Shown piece by piece: positions 25,370 to 38,222 of a DNA stretch of 64,000 nt. Both the position numbers and the translations under genes were made by a program. This DNA is from Amoebidium appalachense (lineage: Eukaryota > Protista > Ichthyosporea). The DNA lies in assembly GCA_963693365.1 (NCBI GenBank), contig CAVNZM010000006.1, forward strand, positions 4,815,264 through 4,879,263, given 5' to 3'. Position 1 is the first letter of the stretch; each line of letters opens with the position of its first letter. The notes beneath the pieces are model-generated. The model made no database searches. It had not been told where the DNA came from and worked only from the letters and a program-made list of their open reading frames with translations.

Positions 25370-25469
25370 CGCAGGTGCCCTGTGCCTACGTGCCGTGCTT
25401 GTCTGCGTGCATGTGTGTGTGTTTGTGTGTATGTGTGCATGTGAGTAGATGTGGTGTTTGTAACACACG

Positions 25470-25504
<35 letters not shown>

Positions 25505-26455
25505 GTTCGCAGGTGCCCTGTGCCTACGTGCTTGTCTGCGTGCATGTGTGTGTGTGCGTGTGTGCACCTGGACAAAAGGTTTTTTTATATTTTTTTTTTC
25601 ATTGCCTGCCGTCATCGTGGTGTATTTTCAACCTCCAATAACATTCCAACTTACAGCCGTGTGTCCAACCCCCCCCCCCCCCCCCCTCCCCCCCCCCCCA
25701 AGCTATCCCCCACTCTCTCTACGTACACACACACGTACAACCACGTACACGTACACAGCTGCCTGCTGACCATGACCCCTGGGCCTGACGGCAAGCCCGC
25801 CATCCGTCCCTACACCCCCACAACTGGCCCGGAGGTGAAGGGCCACTTCGATCTGGGTTGGTGCATCTACCCCCCCCCCCCCCCCCCCCCTCCCCCCTCC
25901 CCCTCCACATTTACAAGAACCCCCTCCCCCCCTCCCCGACCCCTATCTCTCCTGTTGATGACTTGCCCCCCTCCTCCTTTTCCTCTTCTTTCGAGGATGG
26001 GCTCTACTCAAATTGTTCTGTTCTTTTAGATAGGCTCTTTGCACTCTGTGGCATATTCTAGCCCCCCTCCCCCCCCCCCCACCCCCCCCAGACCCCCCTC
26101 GCATTCTAACCCATTTCCGCCTTCCCTCGCCCCCTGGCTTTACCTAAGTTGCACACATTGTGTGGTTGGCGTTTACAGGCATGCAATGTCGGGGAACACA
26201 CAGGGAGGGTGGTTAGACTGTCTAAATAGACGAAGACAAAAAAAAAAAAAAAAGAAGACTGAAACACTTCCGGCACTTCCTTCCACTTCTCGTCCCGTTC
26301 CCCATCTAATCAGCTTTTAAACACACACACACACACTTGCACACACACGCGCACACACACGCACACACAGTCATCAAGACCTATCCCAACGGTGTTGCCT
26401 CTGGATATTTCGACAAGTTGAAGCCCGGTGACAAGGTCAACATGAAGGTGGGTGT

Positions 26456-26487
<32 letters not shown>

Positions 26488-26623
26488 ACTCTATCCCGAT
26501 CCCCCCCCCCCCCCCCCCCCCCCCCCCTCCCCCCTACCAGCCCCTACACCTCTCCCCCCCCCCTCCCCCCCCCCCCCCCCCCCCTCCCTCCCTCTCTCTC
26601 TCCCTCTCTCTCCCTCCCTCCCC

Positions 26624-26701
<78 letters not shown>

Positions 26702-26757
26702 CCCCTTCTCTCTCGTTCTCTCCCTCCCTCCCTCTCTCTCTCCCTCTCCCCCTCTCT

Positions 26758-26795
<38 letters not shown>

Positions 26796-26944
26796 ACCAC
26801 CACCACCACCACCATCCACCCCCTCTCTCCCCCTGCTCCTTTCCCCAAACAATTCCCGCGCCTTTTTTCTTTCTCAGCCGGCTAGTTTTTTGGGTTGCCT
26901 GGTAAGTTTTGAAATGAAGCTCTCGTCTCTGATTTGTCTGCCAC

Positions 26945-26993
<49 letters not shown>

Positions 26994-27186
26994 CATCTCC
27001 TCTCCCTTCCCCCCCCTTCCCCTCCTCCTTCCCCTCCCATTTTCTCTGCACACTCAACAGGTCTTAACCAGCTCTGCACATCGTTAGTCACAATCTTCTC
27101 TCATATATGAGAGAATGATCGTATTGATACGATTTGTCTAATATCTGAGGATTCTGCAGCATCCCTAAGACCCCCCTCCCCCCTCC

Positions 27187-27236
<50 letters not shown>

Positions 27237-28410
27237 TTTTTTTTTTTTTTTTTTGGCGCCTGTTGTTTTGCTTGGCATTTGTTTTTCTGGTTGATTACCT
27301 GTAATCTTTGCTTATTTATGTGTGTGTGTGTGTGTGTATGTATGTTGTGCGGGGTTGCACACACCGGTGTCTACTTTTCTTCCTACTGTTTTTCTCTCCA
27401 CACACTTCATCTGTCCACTTCTGCATACCCCCTCTCATAGCTATAGACACACTTCACACATTGCGTTACGCGCACGCATGCACACACCGCTCTGTTGGCG
27501 ACAGCTCTCTTGGAACCCATGCGGCATGTTACCCGCCGGCGTAACATAACTCGGACTATCGGTTTGGCTTTTTTCAAGCCCAAAGCAATGGGTGATACCA
27601 TATTTCCGGCTGACATCCGGGGGCATAGCTTTCCTTTCGAAGACGTTAAAGTTCCGCCCTAGTAAGCGTGTTCCTACCCTGCGGCGTGGGTCAAATCTCA
27701 TATTTTCCCCTCTGATTGCGAATTCTGCAGCCTTCGGGACTTAATTCTTTTCAGCTGGTGTAGTATGTTAGCCAGGGAAGTATCGACTTAGGTAGCGACG
27801 GGGGAGCTTCCTAGAAGTCCCGTCTCCTGAGTTCCTATCTATATTTTTCTTGCTTCTGCTTACTGCTGCAACTTTAAACCCCGGCCTTTCCCACTGCCCT
27901 TGCCTGCGTAAGCAACCCTGCTCGTCTCTGATCAAGACGGGTGACCTACCCATGTTCAAGTGAAACAGTATCTGAGTTGGGTTTCGTTAACGAGGTGAAT
28001 AGGTCGAAACTCGGGTATTGTGGATGACGTGGCCCCGCCCTGAGGATGGGCTCTGCTTATTATGCATACTCTTTATGTATGGCTTGCATTCTGCATCGTG
28101 TTATCCGTTTGTTCTTGTGTACTTCGTACTTTATGACGCATTCAAACCCCCCCCCCCCCCCCCCCTGGCCAAAAAAAAAACAAAAAAAACACGTTGTTGT
28201 TGTTTTTACCAGCACCAAGAGGCTGGTGTGGTGGGAAAAGCAATGTGGGAAGGGAGGGAGAAGGTTATGTGGGGTGGGCCTTTTGGGGGTACAACGTGAA
28301 CGAGTTCAGAGTACCCCCCATGCACAACACCCTCCTTTGTTACTTCGAAGCGTCCCTCCCCCCCCCCCCCCCCCCCCTTTTTTTTCCCCCTTCTTTTTCT
28401 TTTTCTTTTT

Positions 28411-28478
<68 letters not shown>

Positions 28479-29765
28479 GGAGGTGACGAAAATTTATCTC
28501 GACCATCACATGCCCAAACCGAAAAAGAACTAAAGCGATACAAAAAAGAGAAAAGAACAAGAAAGACACGATGACCCACGTGCATCATCCCACCCAGGGC
28601 CCCATTGTCAAGCTTCCCGTGACGCCCAACATGAAGAAGGAGATCGGCATGATTGCTGGCGGCACGGGCATCACCCCCATGTACCAGGTCATCCACGAGG
28701 TACGGTACTAAATGCTAGTGGGTGATTGGTTGGCTTGGTTCAATAGTTTTAGCTAATTGGGTGGATTGGTTCCATAGTTGTAGTTGATTGGGTGGCGGTG
28801 GATTGGTTCATGGTTATTTATAATTGGTCATCCACGAGGTACCGCACTAATTATTACTGGGTCTTTCCGTTCCTGAAAGGCATTTTGGGATCGCTAACCT
28901 CATAGGGTGATTGGGTAACTTTAATGTTAGATCATTTAAACGGGAATAGCAGAATTAGGATTGGTCAAAAAGTTTATGGCTTATCAGAACCGTAATCAAA
29001 GCCCAGAAGCTCCTCATCGATTTCTCAAATTCAATTCAATTCAAGACACCGCGAACCAATCACAGATCCGCAATAACTGAGCAATGGGTTAACGTTAAAA
29101 ACAGCCAACTATCTGATCCCGTTAGCAAAACCACAATATTTTGACTCTGAGAAACGGAAAGATCCACTGGTCATTTCTGATCCGTGGCTTTGGTTCATAA
29201 TGTTTTATGATTAGTCATTCACGAGGTACGGTACTATGGGGTGGTAACGCACGTATCCGCCGGTGGCGACATGGGCACCAGCTGGCACCGGGCCGGCGGT
29301 CCAAGCTTTCCTGTTGTCTGATTGGTTGGCTCGATCGATCTGAGCCACTGCGCCAAATCCCAAAATCGTTGCGAAGGCAGCGAAGCGGTAATAATGTATG
29401 AAAAATATATAATATTTATGAATGGATGTTATGAAATAAGAATATAGAGCAAATATATATGATAATAAATATGATTATTATATAGTTGTACATACATACA
29501 TATAGATTTATGCCACTTACAGGCAGCGCCATGGCTGCTATGCTGCGTCGTGGCGCCACCGGCGGATACGTCCGTTTCCACCCCATAATTAGTTGGTTCC
29601 TGGTAATAGCTGATCGGGTAAGTTGATTTTGAGCGAACTTGAAAATGTGGTCATCCACAAACTTACTAATTCCCCAGAGATATCTGATTGGGTGGCTTCG
29701 TTGTAATATGCAGTAGCTGTCGAAAGTTTGCATTCGTATGTACTGAATAACGTCTAACCCCCTTC

Positions 29766-29821
<56 letters not shown>

Positions 29822-30007
29822 ACACACCCACACCCACCCACCCACCCACCCACCTATCCCTTACCGTCACCACAACCACAACCACCACCCACCCATATCT
29901 CCTCATGGCGTTCACATCCGCTGCCCTATGCACACACATATTCTTCTCCCTTACTGCCACCCCCCCTCTTCTCTAACACCCCTCCCCCTCCCCCTCCCCC
30001 TCCTCCT

Positions 30008-30049
<42 letters not shown>

Positions 30050-31195
30050 AGCTCCTCCGTCACCCTGAGAACAAGACCAAGATCACGCTTGTGTTCTGCA
30101 ACAAGACAAGCAGCGACATTATGCTTAAGAATGAGCTTGACTCTCTGGCCAGCAAGCACCCCGATACATTCAAGATCCACTATGTCATTGATAAGGTCGG
30201 TGGATTGCGCACCGTGTCCATATGTGCAAAAGTCACACATGCCATGCACACACACATAGATGCAAGCATGCACAGACCAAAGCATATATGTACACACATG
30301 CGTGGACATGGCCACACACATGCACGCACGCACGCACGCACGCACTCACACTCACAGACACACACACACACACTCACTCACTCACTCACACTCACAGACA
30401 CACACACACGCACACACTCACTCACACACACTTGCTCTCTTCAATGACTCCCTCGTTACACACACACACACACACTTGCTCTCTTCAATGACTCCCTCGT
30501 TTAAACTAAGGAGCGCACTTGTGTGGACGCACACACACACACATACATACAAGCCCGTACATGCCCCCCTCCCCCCCTCCCCCCCTTCTACCCCCGGGCC
30601 CTGCTCCTCCCCTACATTTCTGTAGGGGCTCCGTGGGGATGTGTGGGTGTAAAACCCGAAAAAGAAAAGCATGGTGTGGGTGGTTCGTTGGTGGGAGGAT
30701 GGATGGGGCTGGTGGGCTTCATCCACACTCCCCCTACTTTCCCAACATCCTTAATCAAGTTGCACACAAGTTTCTTGCGAAAAGAAAAAAGAGTAGAGAG
30801 AGAGATTGGGGGGGGGGGGGGGGGGAGGGGGAGGGGGGGCACACGAACACGTACAACACGTGGATACGTTGAATCGGCGATTGTATATTTTTTTTAACTT
30901 CTGTTAATTTATATTTATATACGTGGTTGCTCGGTTATTAATGTTTATCTGTTGTAAGCCACATTTATTTCAAATATTTAGTTATAAGCTTATATAGCAA
31001 TTTATATGTCATCTATCCCTTTCACCGCACAGGAGGAGCCCGGCTGGAAGCACGGTGTCGGCTACCTCAATGCTGACGTCATCAAGGCCAACATGCCCAA
31101 GCCCTCCGACGACAACCTCATCTTTGTCTGCGGGTGTGTTATTTTATTTTATTTTTATTTTTATTTATTTATTTGTTATTTCATTTTACATTATA

Positions 31196-31238
<43 letters not shown>

Positions 31239-31628
31239 CCCGCCCCCCTGCTCGCCTGCCCACTGGAACACACTCAAACACCTGCCCATCCCGCCCGCAA
31301 CCAACCATCACCACCACCACCACCACCCTCTGTGTGTGTGTGCTTTCGTTTTTGCAAGCTCTGCAATGTGCTGTATGTGGTGAATGTGTACTCGGTACCC
31401 CGTAAGGCATTATAACCTCCTCCTCCCCCCTTCCCCCCCTCCCCCGCTCAAAACACACACACACACACATCTTCCTCTTTGTATAGAGAATATCGCTCGT
31501 ATCCTCTCCTATGCATGTCTCTCTCATCCCGTCGTCTCACCCCGACCGTCACAACCAGCCTACCAACCCGCCAGACCCCTCATCCATCCACCCACCCAAT
31601 ATACCCCCCCCCCCCCCCCCCCCCCCCA

Positions 31629-31659
<31 letters not shown>

Positions 31660-31748
31660 TGCACACACACGCACACACACAGTCTTCTTTTGTGTGAATG
31701 TGTCTGGTCATGCATCACATTGATCAAAAACTGCAAAGCCCCCCCCCT

Positions 31749-31783
<35 letters not shown>

Positions 31784-31797
31784 CCAAAAAAAAAAAA

Positions 31798-31828
<31 letters not shown>

Positions 31829-31873
31829 GGTTGAAGCATTAACGCACTCTAACCAATCTACCCCCCTCCGCCA

Positions 31874-31913
<40 letters not shown>

Positions 31914-32299
31914 CCCCCGGCATGATGAATGTGGTGTCTGGCAATAAGAAGGGTCCCACCGACCAGGTACGATCTCCTCTTCACTCCCCCCCTCTATATT
32001 TTTCTTGCTTCTGCTTACTGCTGCAACTTTAACCCCCGGCCTTTCCCACTGCCCTTGCCTGCATAAGCAACCCTGCTCGTCTCTGATCAAGACGGGTGAC
32101 CTACTCATGTTCAAGTGAAACAGTATCTGAGTTGGGTTTCGTTAACGAGGGGAATAGGTCGAAACTCGGGTACTGTGGATGACGTGGGCCCCCCCTGAGG
32201 ATGGGCTCTGCTTATTATGCATACTCTTTATGTATGGCTTGCATTCTGCATCGTGTTATCCGTTTGTTCTTGTGTACTTCGTACTTTTTGACGCATTCA

Positions 32300-32335
<36 letters not shown>

Positions 32336-32408
32336 ACGCAGCGCCCTCCAGAGGCCGGCCGCACAGACATGACACAAAAACACACACATTACATACACAC
32401 ACTCTTCT

Positions 32409-32442
<34 letters not shown>

Positions 32443-32518
32443 CCCGAAAGACACACACACACACACACACAGACATCCCTCCCCGGAAATGTCTTCATAT
32501 TGCATATTTTCGTGTAGG

Positions 32519-32558
<40 letters not shown>

Positions 32559-32628
32559 CGTGTTCTTGGTTCTTGGTTAGCAATACGTTCATATGCTTGT
32601 CTCGTTCTGTTCATGGCACCTGCCCCCC

Positions 32629-32673
<45 letters not shown>

Positions 32674-32950
32674 AGCCCCCACCACCACCACCACCACCAC
32701 CCACCCATCCGCCGCCGCCGCCAAAAACCCCCACCATCACCACACACTGAAGCACCAGCCCACCACAACTAACAAATGAATTAGCACCAATACACTTGCA
32801 GTAGTTAAGCCGTATGTAGTATCAAGACATACACCATGTTGCTGTGTGAGGCATTACGTGTTGCGAGGGGAACAGAGCAGTGGTTTTGTTAAGACTAACG
32901 GCTATTTTCCAAACCTCCAACCCTCCCCATTCCTCTCTCCCCCCTCTTCT

Positions 32951-32981
<31 letters not shown>

Positions 32982-33065
32982 TCTCTCTCCCCATCATCCC
33001 CCCTCCACCTTTTCTGCCTCTTGCCGAGAATGTCCTTTGCATCCACCTGTTGTGCACAACACACG

Positions 33066-33111
<46 letters not shown>

Positions 33112-33173
33112 GACCACTCGTCGGTGCACTTGCCGATCTCGGCTACACCCCGAGGCAAGTGTTCAAGTTCTAA
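23194..33173 (+). CDS. MCR1: NADH-cytochrome b5 reductase, mitochondrial MCR1-like, 296 aa. Exons: 23194-23289, 24490-24567, 25248-25324, 25759-25856, 26371-26447, 28598-28699, 30052-30195, 31033-31133, 31912-31966, 33111-33173
   Basis: All nine introns are GT-AG with consistent phases (891 nt CDS). Contains FAD motif RPYTP, NAD motif [23 protein letters not shown] and C-terminal QVFKF*. The N-terminus looks like a mitochondrial targeting peptide. Confidence 0.95.
26488..28146 (+). mobile_element. Non-coding ~1.66 kb copy of the Penelope-like element 3' region in intron 5 of the reductase gene
   Basis: Colinear and near-identical to 40875-43128, except that it lacks ~41300-41870. Flanked by (C)n on both sides. 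Confidence 0.95.
28859..29165. mobile_element. MITE with 13-bp TIRs and 3-bp TSD (ACT), possibly PIF/Harbinger-like
   Basis: gggtctttccgtt … aacggaaagatcc (1 mismatch); ACT at 28856-28858 and 29166-29168. Confidence 0.7.
29237..29585. mobile_element. MITE with 32-bp TIRs and TA target duplication
   Basis: tggggtggtaacgcacgtatccgccggtggcg … cgccaccggcggatacgtccgtttccacccca (2 mismatches). TA on both sides; removing it restores gtacggtacTAatt, like the neighbouring repeat unit. Confidence 0.85.
31993..32301 (+). mobile_element. ~310 bp 3'-terminal copy of the Penelope-like element in intron 9 of the reductase gene
   Basis: Nearly identical to 42820-43128. Begins at a C run and ends cattcaaa(C)n. 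Confidence 0.95.
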
Positions 33174-33571
33174 AAATGCGCGACATTTTCATTATCATTA
33201 AAATTCTATGAGTGATAATTTACCACAATACATATATCTTCTCACACATGTATGCAATATACATACGTATGCACTGCTAATAGACATAAAAATGTTGTAT
33301 TTTGGCGGAGTATTTATAAGAGGTTTCTGTATTGTGGTGCTGCTGCTACATAATGTGCAAGGAGTGAGTTGGTGTTGTTATAGCATGAAGTGCGAGCAGT
33401 GCTACTAAATATAGCCATATGCCTGGTGCTTACCGTGGAGTACTATATAGTAAACAATAAACGTGAACATCGCATTTTTTGGGTAACAACAAATGGACGG
33501 AATTTCTTGGAGGCACTGAGGTTGTGACAAAATCGAATCCCCCCCTCCCCCCTCCTCCCCCCATCCCCCCC

Positions 33572-33613
<42 letters not shown>

Positions 33614-33735
33614 ACCACCACTATCCACATTGCCCAACCTACAAACCAACAGTGGCACGAAAAAAAAAACCGAAAAGGGAAAAAGAAATATTGTGATTGT
33701 GTGTGGGGGTGGGGGTGGGTGTTTTGGCGGGGGAG

Positions 33736-33768
<33 letters not shown>

Positions 33769-34360
33769 TGGTAGGGGCCCCGCGGATAACTTTAAATTGG
33801 TGCCGGTGACGAAGAGTAGTGCGTGTATGGTGGTTGTGTGTGCTTGTGCTGTTGCGCTTGTGGCATGACAAACTAATTATAGCTAACTACTAACTATATA
33901 GTCAATTACTAATTAGAGGCCAATTAACTATAACTGTGTGATTGCACAAGTTTCTGCCTGTTGTTTTTGTGCGTGCATGTGCGGAGCATGCCTACATGTA
34001 CTGTGCGTGGCTAACAATATGTATAGCGAAATATGTATATGCATCTCTGTGTGCGCAGGAGCTAGTGTGCAGGTGTGTTGATAAACTTTGTGTTCGTGTC
34101 ACGGAAAAGAAAGAAAAAAAATGTGTCTGCATGTGCAACCGTGCGACGCCATAGCCTTGCAAAGTACCCCATGTATACACGTAGGCTTATCGAGTGTGCG
34201 TGCATGAAGAAGAGGTTAGCATATGCCTATGTGTGCATCCGCATGTGCAGTAACTTGACCAAGTGTGTGTTTATGTGCCGCATGCATATGTCTGTGTACT
34301 GGTGTGTGCATGGTGGTAGTGCCCATGGTGGTGGTGGTGGTGGCGGGAGGGAGAAGCGCG

Positions 34361-34402
<42 letters not shown>

Positions 34403-34840
34403 GGGGGAGAGGGGGGGGGGGGGGGGGGGGGAGAGCATGTGTGTGTGTATCTCAGGATGAGTGCGAGTGCATTTGTGCGCGTGTGTGTTTCACACTGTGT
34501 GCAGCACGTGCATGCGCCGATGTGTTTGCGGGTGTGGGTGTGTATATGTTTGTTAGTTTGTCGCGGCATGCATTTTGGTTTGTTTGTGTGTACATGCTTG
34601 TGCGTGTGCGTGCGTGTGTGCGTGCGTGCGTGTGTGCGTGCGTGCGTGCGTGCGTGCGTGCGTGTTCGTGTGTGCGTGCGTGTGTGCGTGCGTGCGCGCG
34701 TGTGGGTGTGTGTGCGTGCGCACGCGTGTGTGTGTGTGTGTATGTTTGTGTGTTGGTGTGTGTGTGTGTATGTGTGTGTGTACAGTTTTGTTTGTGTACA
34801 GCGCGGTGTGTGTGCTCTTGTCTGTATGTGATGCAGAAAG

Positions 34841-34909
<69 letters not shown>

Positions 34910-35307
34910 TGTGCTTGTGCGTGTGCGTGTGTGTGCGTGTGCAGTTTTGTTGGTGTGCAGTTCAGTTTTGTTTGTGTGCAGCGTGGTGCGTGTGCTCTTG
35001 TCTGTATGTGATCCGAGAAAGGCCATGTATGTTTCACCTTTTCTTTATTAACTGAATCAATTAATCATTGAGGATTGTTCAAAAAGAGACAAACCATACC
35101 GTGTGATATCTGAGTTGACCCTACGTACTATGCTGTGGCCAGCACAGCATCATCTCATAGGTACCCGGTATATCCTTCAACAAATACAAACACATCAATA
35201 AACCATTAGTAAAAATAAGAACTGCCCGAAATAACAACACATAAAAAATTATTTATACCTCCATAAAAACCATTTTTCTTTATCAACACTGTTAAGTCTA
35301 CTTATGA

Positions 35308-36891
35308 TCAGTTTGCCTCAGGGACCACCAGTGTGCGCAGAGTGTTTGTGTGGCCCTCACCTCCACGCCATCCCTGCAGAGCAACCACAACAGACCCAGC
35401 CTTAACAAACCCTGCGGCAACGGCTTCCTCTAGCGCCCAGTTAATGCGAGCGTCCACATCATCTTGAAACACCTCCATCTTCTCCTGTGTGTAAAGAAGA
35501 GGGAAAACACCGCGAGAAAGATGTGCCTGGCGAGCAACACGCTCGCTGCGCGTAACCAAAATGATTGGGCAGCGAGGGCGGTATTTGGACACAAGACGCG
35601 CGGTGTTTCCGGAGATGGAAAGAACGATAATTGCTGCGGCCTGCTGTGCGTACGTGGCCTGAACGGCCGCCAGAGCCATAGTCTCAGTGGTGGATTCGGC
35701 GGGTGTCAAAGTCTTCAAATCGTCCATGACGGGCTTGTACATAAAGGCAGCCTCTGCTTCCTTGCAAATGTTCGACATCATTTTGACCGTTTCTACCGGG
35801 TAGTTGCCCTTAGCTGTCTCACCAGAAAGCATGACGCAATCGGCGCCGTCGAGAACTGCGTTGGCCACGTCGGAGACCTCGGCGCGGGTAGGACGAGGGT
35901 TGTACGTCATTGAGTCGAGCATCTGAGTTGCGCAAATCACGGGCTTGCCGGCCATGTTGCACATCGCGATGATCATTTTCTGCGCGAGGAAAACCTTCTC
36001 GCTGGGAACCTCAATACCCATGTCACCGCGGGCAACCATCACACCGTCCGTCTCCTTGAGAATTTCGGCGAAGTTGCGGATACCTTCGTGGTTCTCAATC
36101 TTCACCATAATCTTGATGTGTTTGCCGTCCTCTCCGAGGCACTCGCGGATTTCGCGAACATCGGACGCCTTGCGAATAAATGAAGCAAAGATCATATCGA
36201 CACCCTGCTGCACGCCCCAACGGAGATCACTCTTGTCCTTTTCGGAGAGTGCCGGGAGATCGACGTTAACGTTGGGAAGGTTGCATCCCTTGCGCCCACC
36301 GAGCAGGCCACCGTTAAGGCACTTGCACTTAACGAAATCCTCTCCCTTCTCGACCACTTCGAGCGAGAGAAGACCGTCGTCGATGAAGATAATACCACCG
36401 ATATCAATAACCTTGGGCAAGTTCTTGTAGTCGCAGAAAACGTCGGTCTTTGTTCCCTTCTCAAACCACTCCTGCGCCATGTGCAGCGTGACAATATCGC
36501 CGGTTTCGAGCTTTACGTCACCATCAACAAGCATACCCGTGCGGATCTCAGGACCCTTGGTGTCGAGAGCAATAGCAACGGGGGGACCGGGGAACTTTGC
36601 GCAAGACTCGCGCAAGTTTGCAATAAGTCCACCGTGGAAGTCGTAGGAGCCGTGGGAGAAGTTGAGGCGCATAATGTTCATTCCGGCGCGGCGGAGCTCG
36701 GTGAGTTTTTCGACCGTGCCGGTCTTTGGGCCGATTGTGCAAATGATGGAGGTGCGCCGAAGGTCGGTGGGTTCGGAGTAGATGTTGAGGGCGGCCATGT
36801 GTCCGACGCGTGTTGTCTGCTGGGCGGCAAGGCCTTGGTTGGCGAGGACGGTGTTGGGCAGAAGAACGGATGTGCGTCTCTGGGGAGCCAT
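35308..36891 (-). CDS. PYK: Pyruvate kinase, 527 aa, intronless
   Basis: Contains RRTSIICTIGP, RLNFSHG, ALDTKGPEIRTG, KIENHEG, MVARGDMGIE, ATQMLDSM, PRPTRAE and DCVMLSGETAKG. Start placed at MAPQRR (aaaATGG); the ORF-track extension runs through the promoter. Confidence 0.98.
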   Translation of the reverse strand: MAPQRRTSVLLPNTVLANQGLAAQQTTRVGHMAALNIYSEPTDLRRTSIICTIGPKTGTVEKLTELRRAGMNIMRLNFSHGSYDFHGGLIANLRESCAKFPGPPVAIALDTKGPEIRTGMLVDGDVKLETGDIVTLHMAQEWFEKGTKTDVFCDYKNLPKVIDIGGIIFIDDGLLSLEVVEKGEDFVKCKCLNGGLLGGRKGCNLPNVNVDLPALSEKDKSDLRWGVQQGVDMIFASFIRKASDVREIRECLGEDGKHIKIMVKIENHEGIRNFAEILKETDGVMVARGDMGIEVPSEKVFLAQKMIIAMCNMAGKPVICATQMLDSMTYNPRPTRAEVSDVANAVLDGADCVMLSGETAKGNYPVETVKMMSNICKEAEAAFMYKPVMDDLKTLTPAESTTETMALAAVQATYAQQAAAIIVLSISGNTARLVSKYRPRCPIILVTRSERVARQAHLSRGVFPLLYTQEKMEVFQDDVDARINWALEEAVAAGFVKAGSVVVALQGWRGGEGHTNTLRTLVVPEAN

Positions 36892-36979
36892 TTTGTTATT
36901 TGTGCGTGTGCGCGTTTGTTTTGAGTGTTGTGTGTTGCTAATCTGTTGTTCGAGTTGCTTTCGAACTTTGTTTGGTATT

Positions 36980-37110
36980 GAATGAGATGAGAATCCAAGG
37001 TGACCTCGTTTATATACCTTTGGGGACTGATCAAAATCCAATTACCGGCACGTGGATTTACGATTGGCTAACTTTGGCGATTATCGATTGGTTGTTAGAT
37101 TTCATTGGCT
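36980..37110 (-). promoter_or_regulatory. Pyruvate kinase core promoter: TATA box, Inr-like element, E-box and three CCAAT boxes
   Basis: Minus strand TATATAAA at 37015-37008 and TCATTC at 36985-36980, about 30 nt downstream. CACGTG at 37049-37054. ATTGG on plus at ~37063, ~37087 and ~37104. Confidence 0.65.
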
Positions 37111-38176
37111 GTTGTGGTGATCACATTTTGGCGCTTCGCCAAAATATGGTAACTTTTGCTTCAGGTATTTACCAAATTTGGGTATTGCATAATAGTCATT
37201 ACTTATTGGTCACTTTCTCTTAGCGCGGGCCAATAGTTGGCGTGTTTGTGCGCCTCACACGTGCCCGGTTCGGTTCACCGGTGCGGCGGGGTGAACTGTT
37301 TCAGTCAAGCCGACTTGCACTTTGAAAACTCTCAAAGTAAACGAGCACGGCCGTTTGTTTATCATACCGACATATATTTCTGGGGGTTTTTTCTTGCAAA
37401 CGTAAAAGAAATGACGTAGAAACATAAGCATGTACACAAGCCGACACAAACAGAAGCGCGATGCAAAACACCGTGAGCTCGAGTGACTGCCGACTGTCCA
37501 GGACTCCCGGCGGTGACCCAGGTGCACCGTATGTCTAGTACTAGTATGCGTTGTGCGTGTAGTACACGTCCATGCACAGGCCTACACAGCACACCGACCC
37601 ACACGCATGCACCGTGGAGCACGCGCTCACACACAATCATGAAAACCTGCAAACACACACACTCACGTGTACACACATGTATACACAGTGCACACCGTGG
37701 CAACAACACACATCTGGCACACGCTTGCGGAACACACTCTCACACACGTGCACGCACGCACGTACCGTGGCACGCACATGCATACCCGTACGCACGCACG
37801 CACGCACGCATACAAGCACATACACACACAGACATACACACATGCACACACGCACGCACACACACGCGCGCACGCACGCGCACTCAACAAAAAAGACATT
37901 TTGAAACGCAAAAACGCACACACACGACACACACAGACACGTACACGCGCGCACGCACACGAATACACGTCCACCCACACGTCCACCCACACAAATATGT
38001 ACACGCTCGCCGTGGCACACAGACACACACAGTGCATGTCACACACACGCGCGCGTACTGTATGCATATGCATACGCCCATGCACACACACACACACACA
38101 CACACACACAAGCACACACTCACACACGCACCCACAGACACACACACACACACTCACACACACACGCACACACACG

Positions 38177-38222
<46 letters not shown>

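Noticed and set aside
28686-29670. CRISPR-like repeat-spacer array
   Set aside because: Repeats are degenerate and irregularly spaced, derive from an exon-intron junction, and there are no cas genes in this eukaryotic context.
36892-37041. 50-aa N-terminal extension of pyruvate kinase in the ORF track
   Set aside because: It starts at a non-ATG codon and overlaps the TATA and Inr; most likely promoter and 5' UTR.
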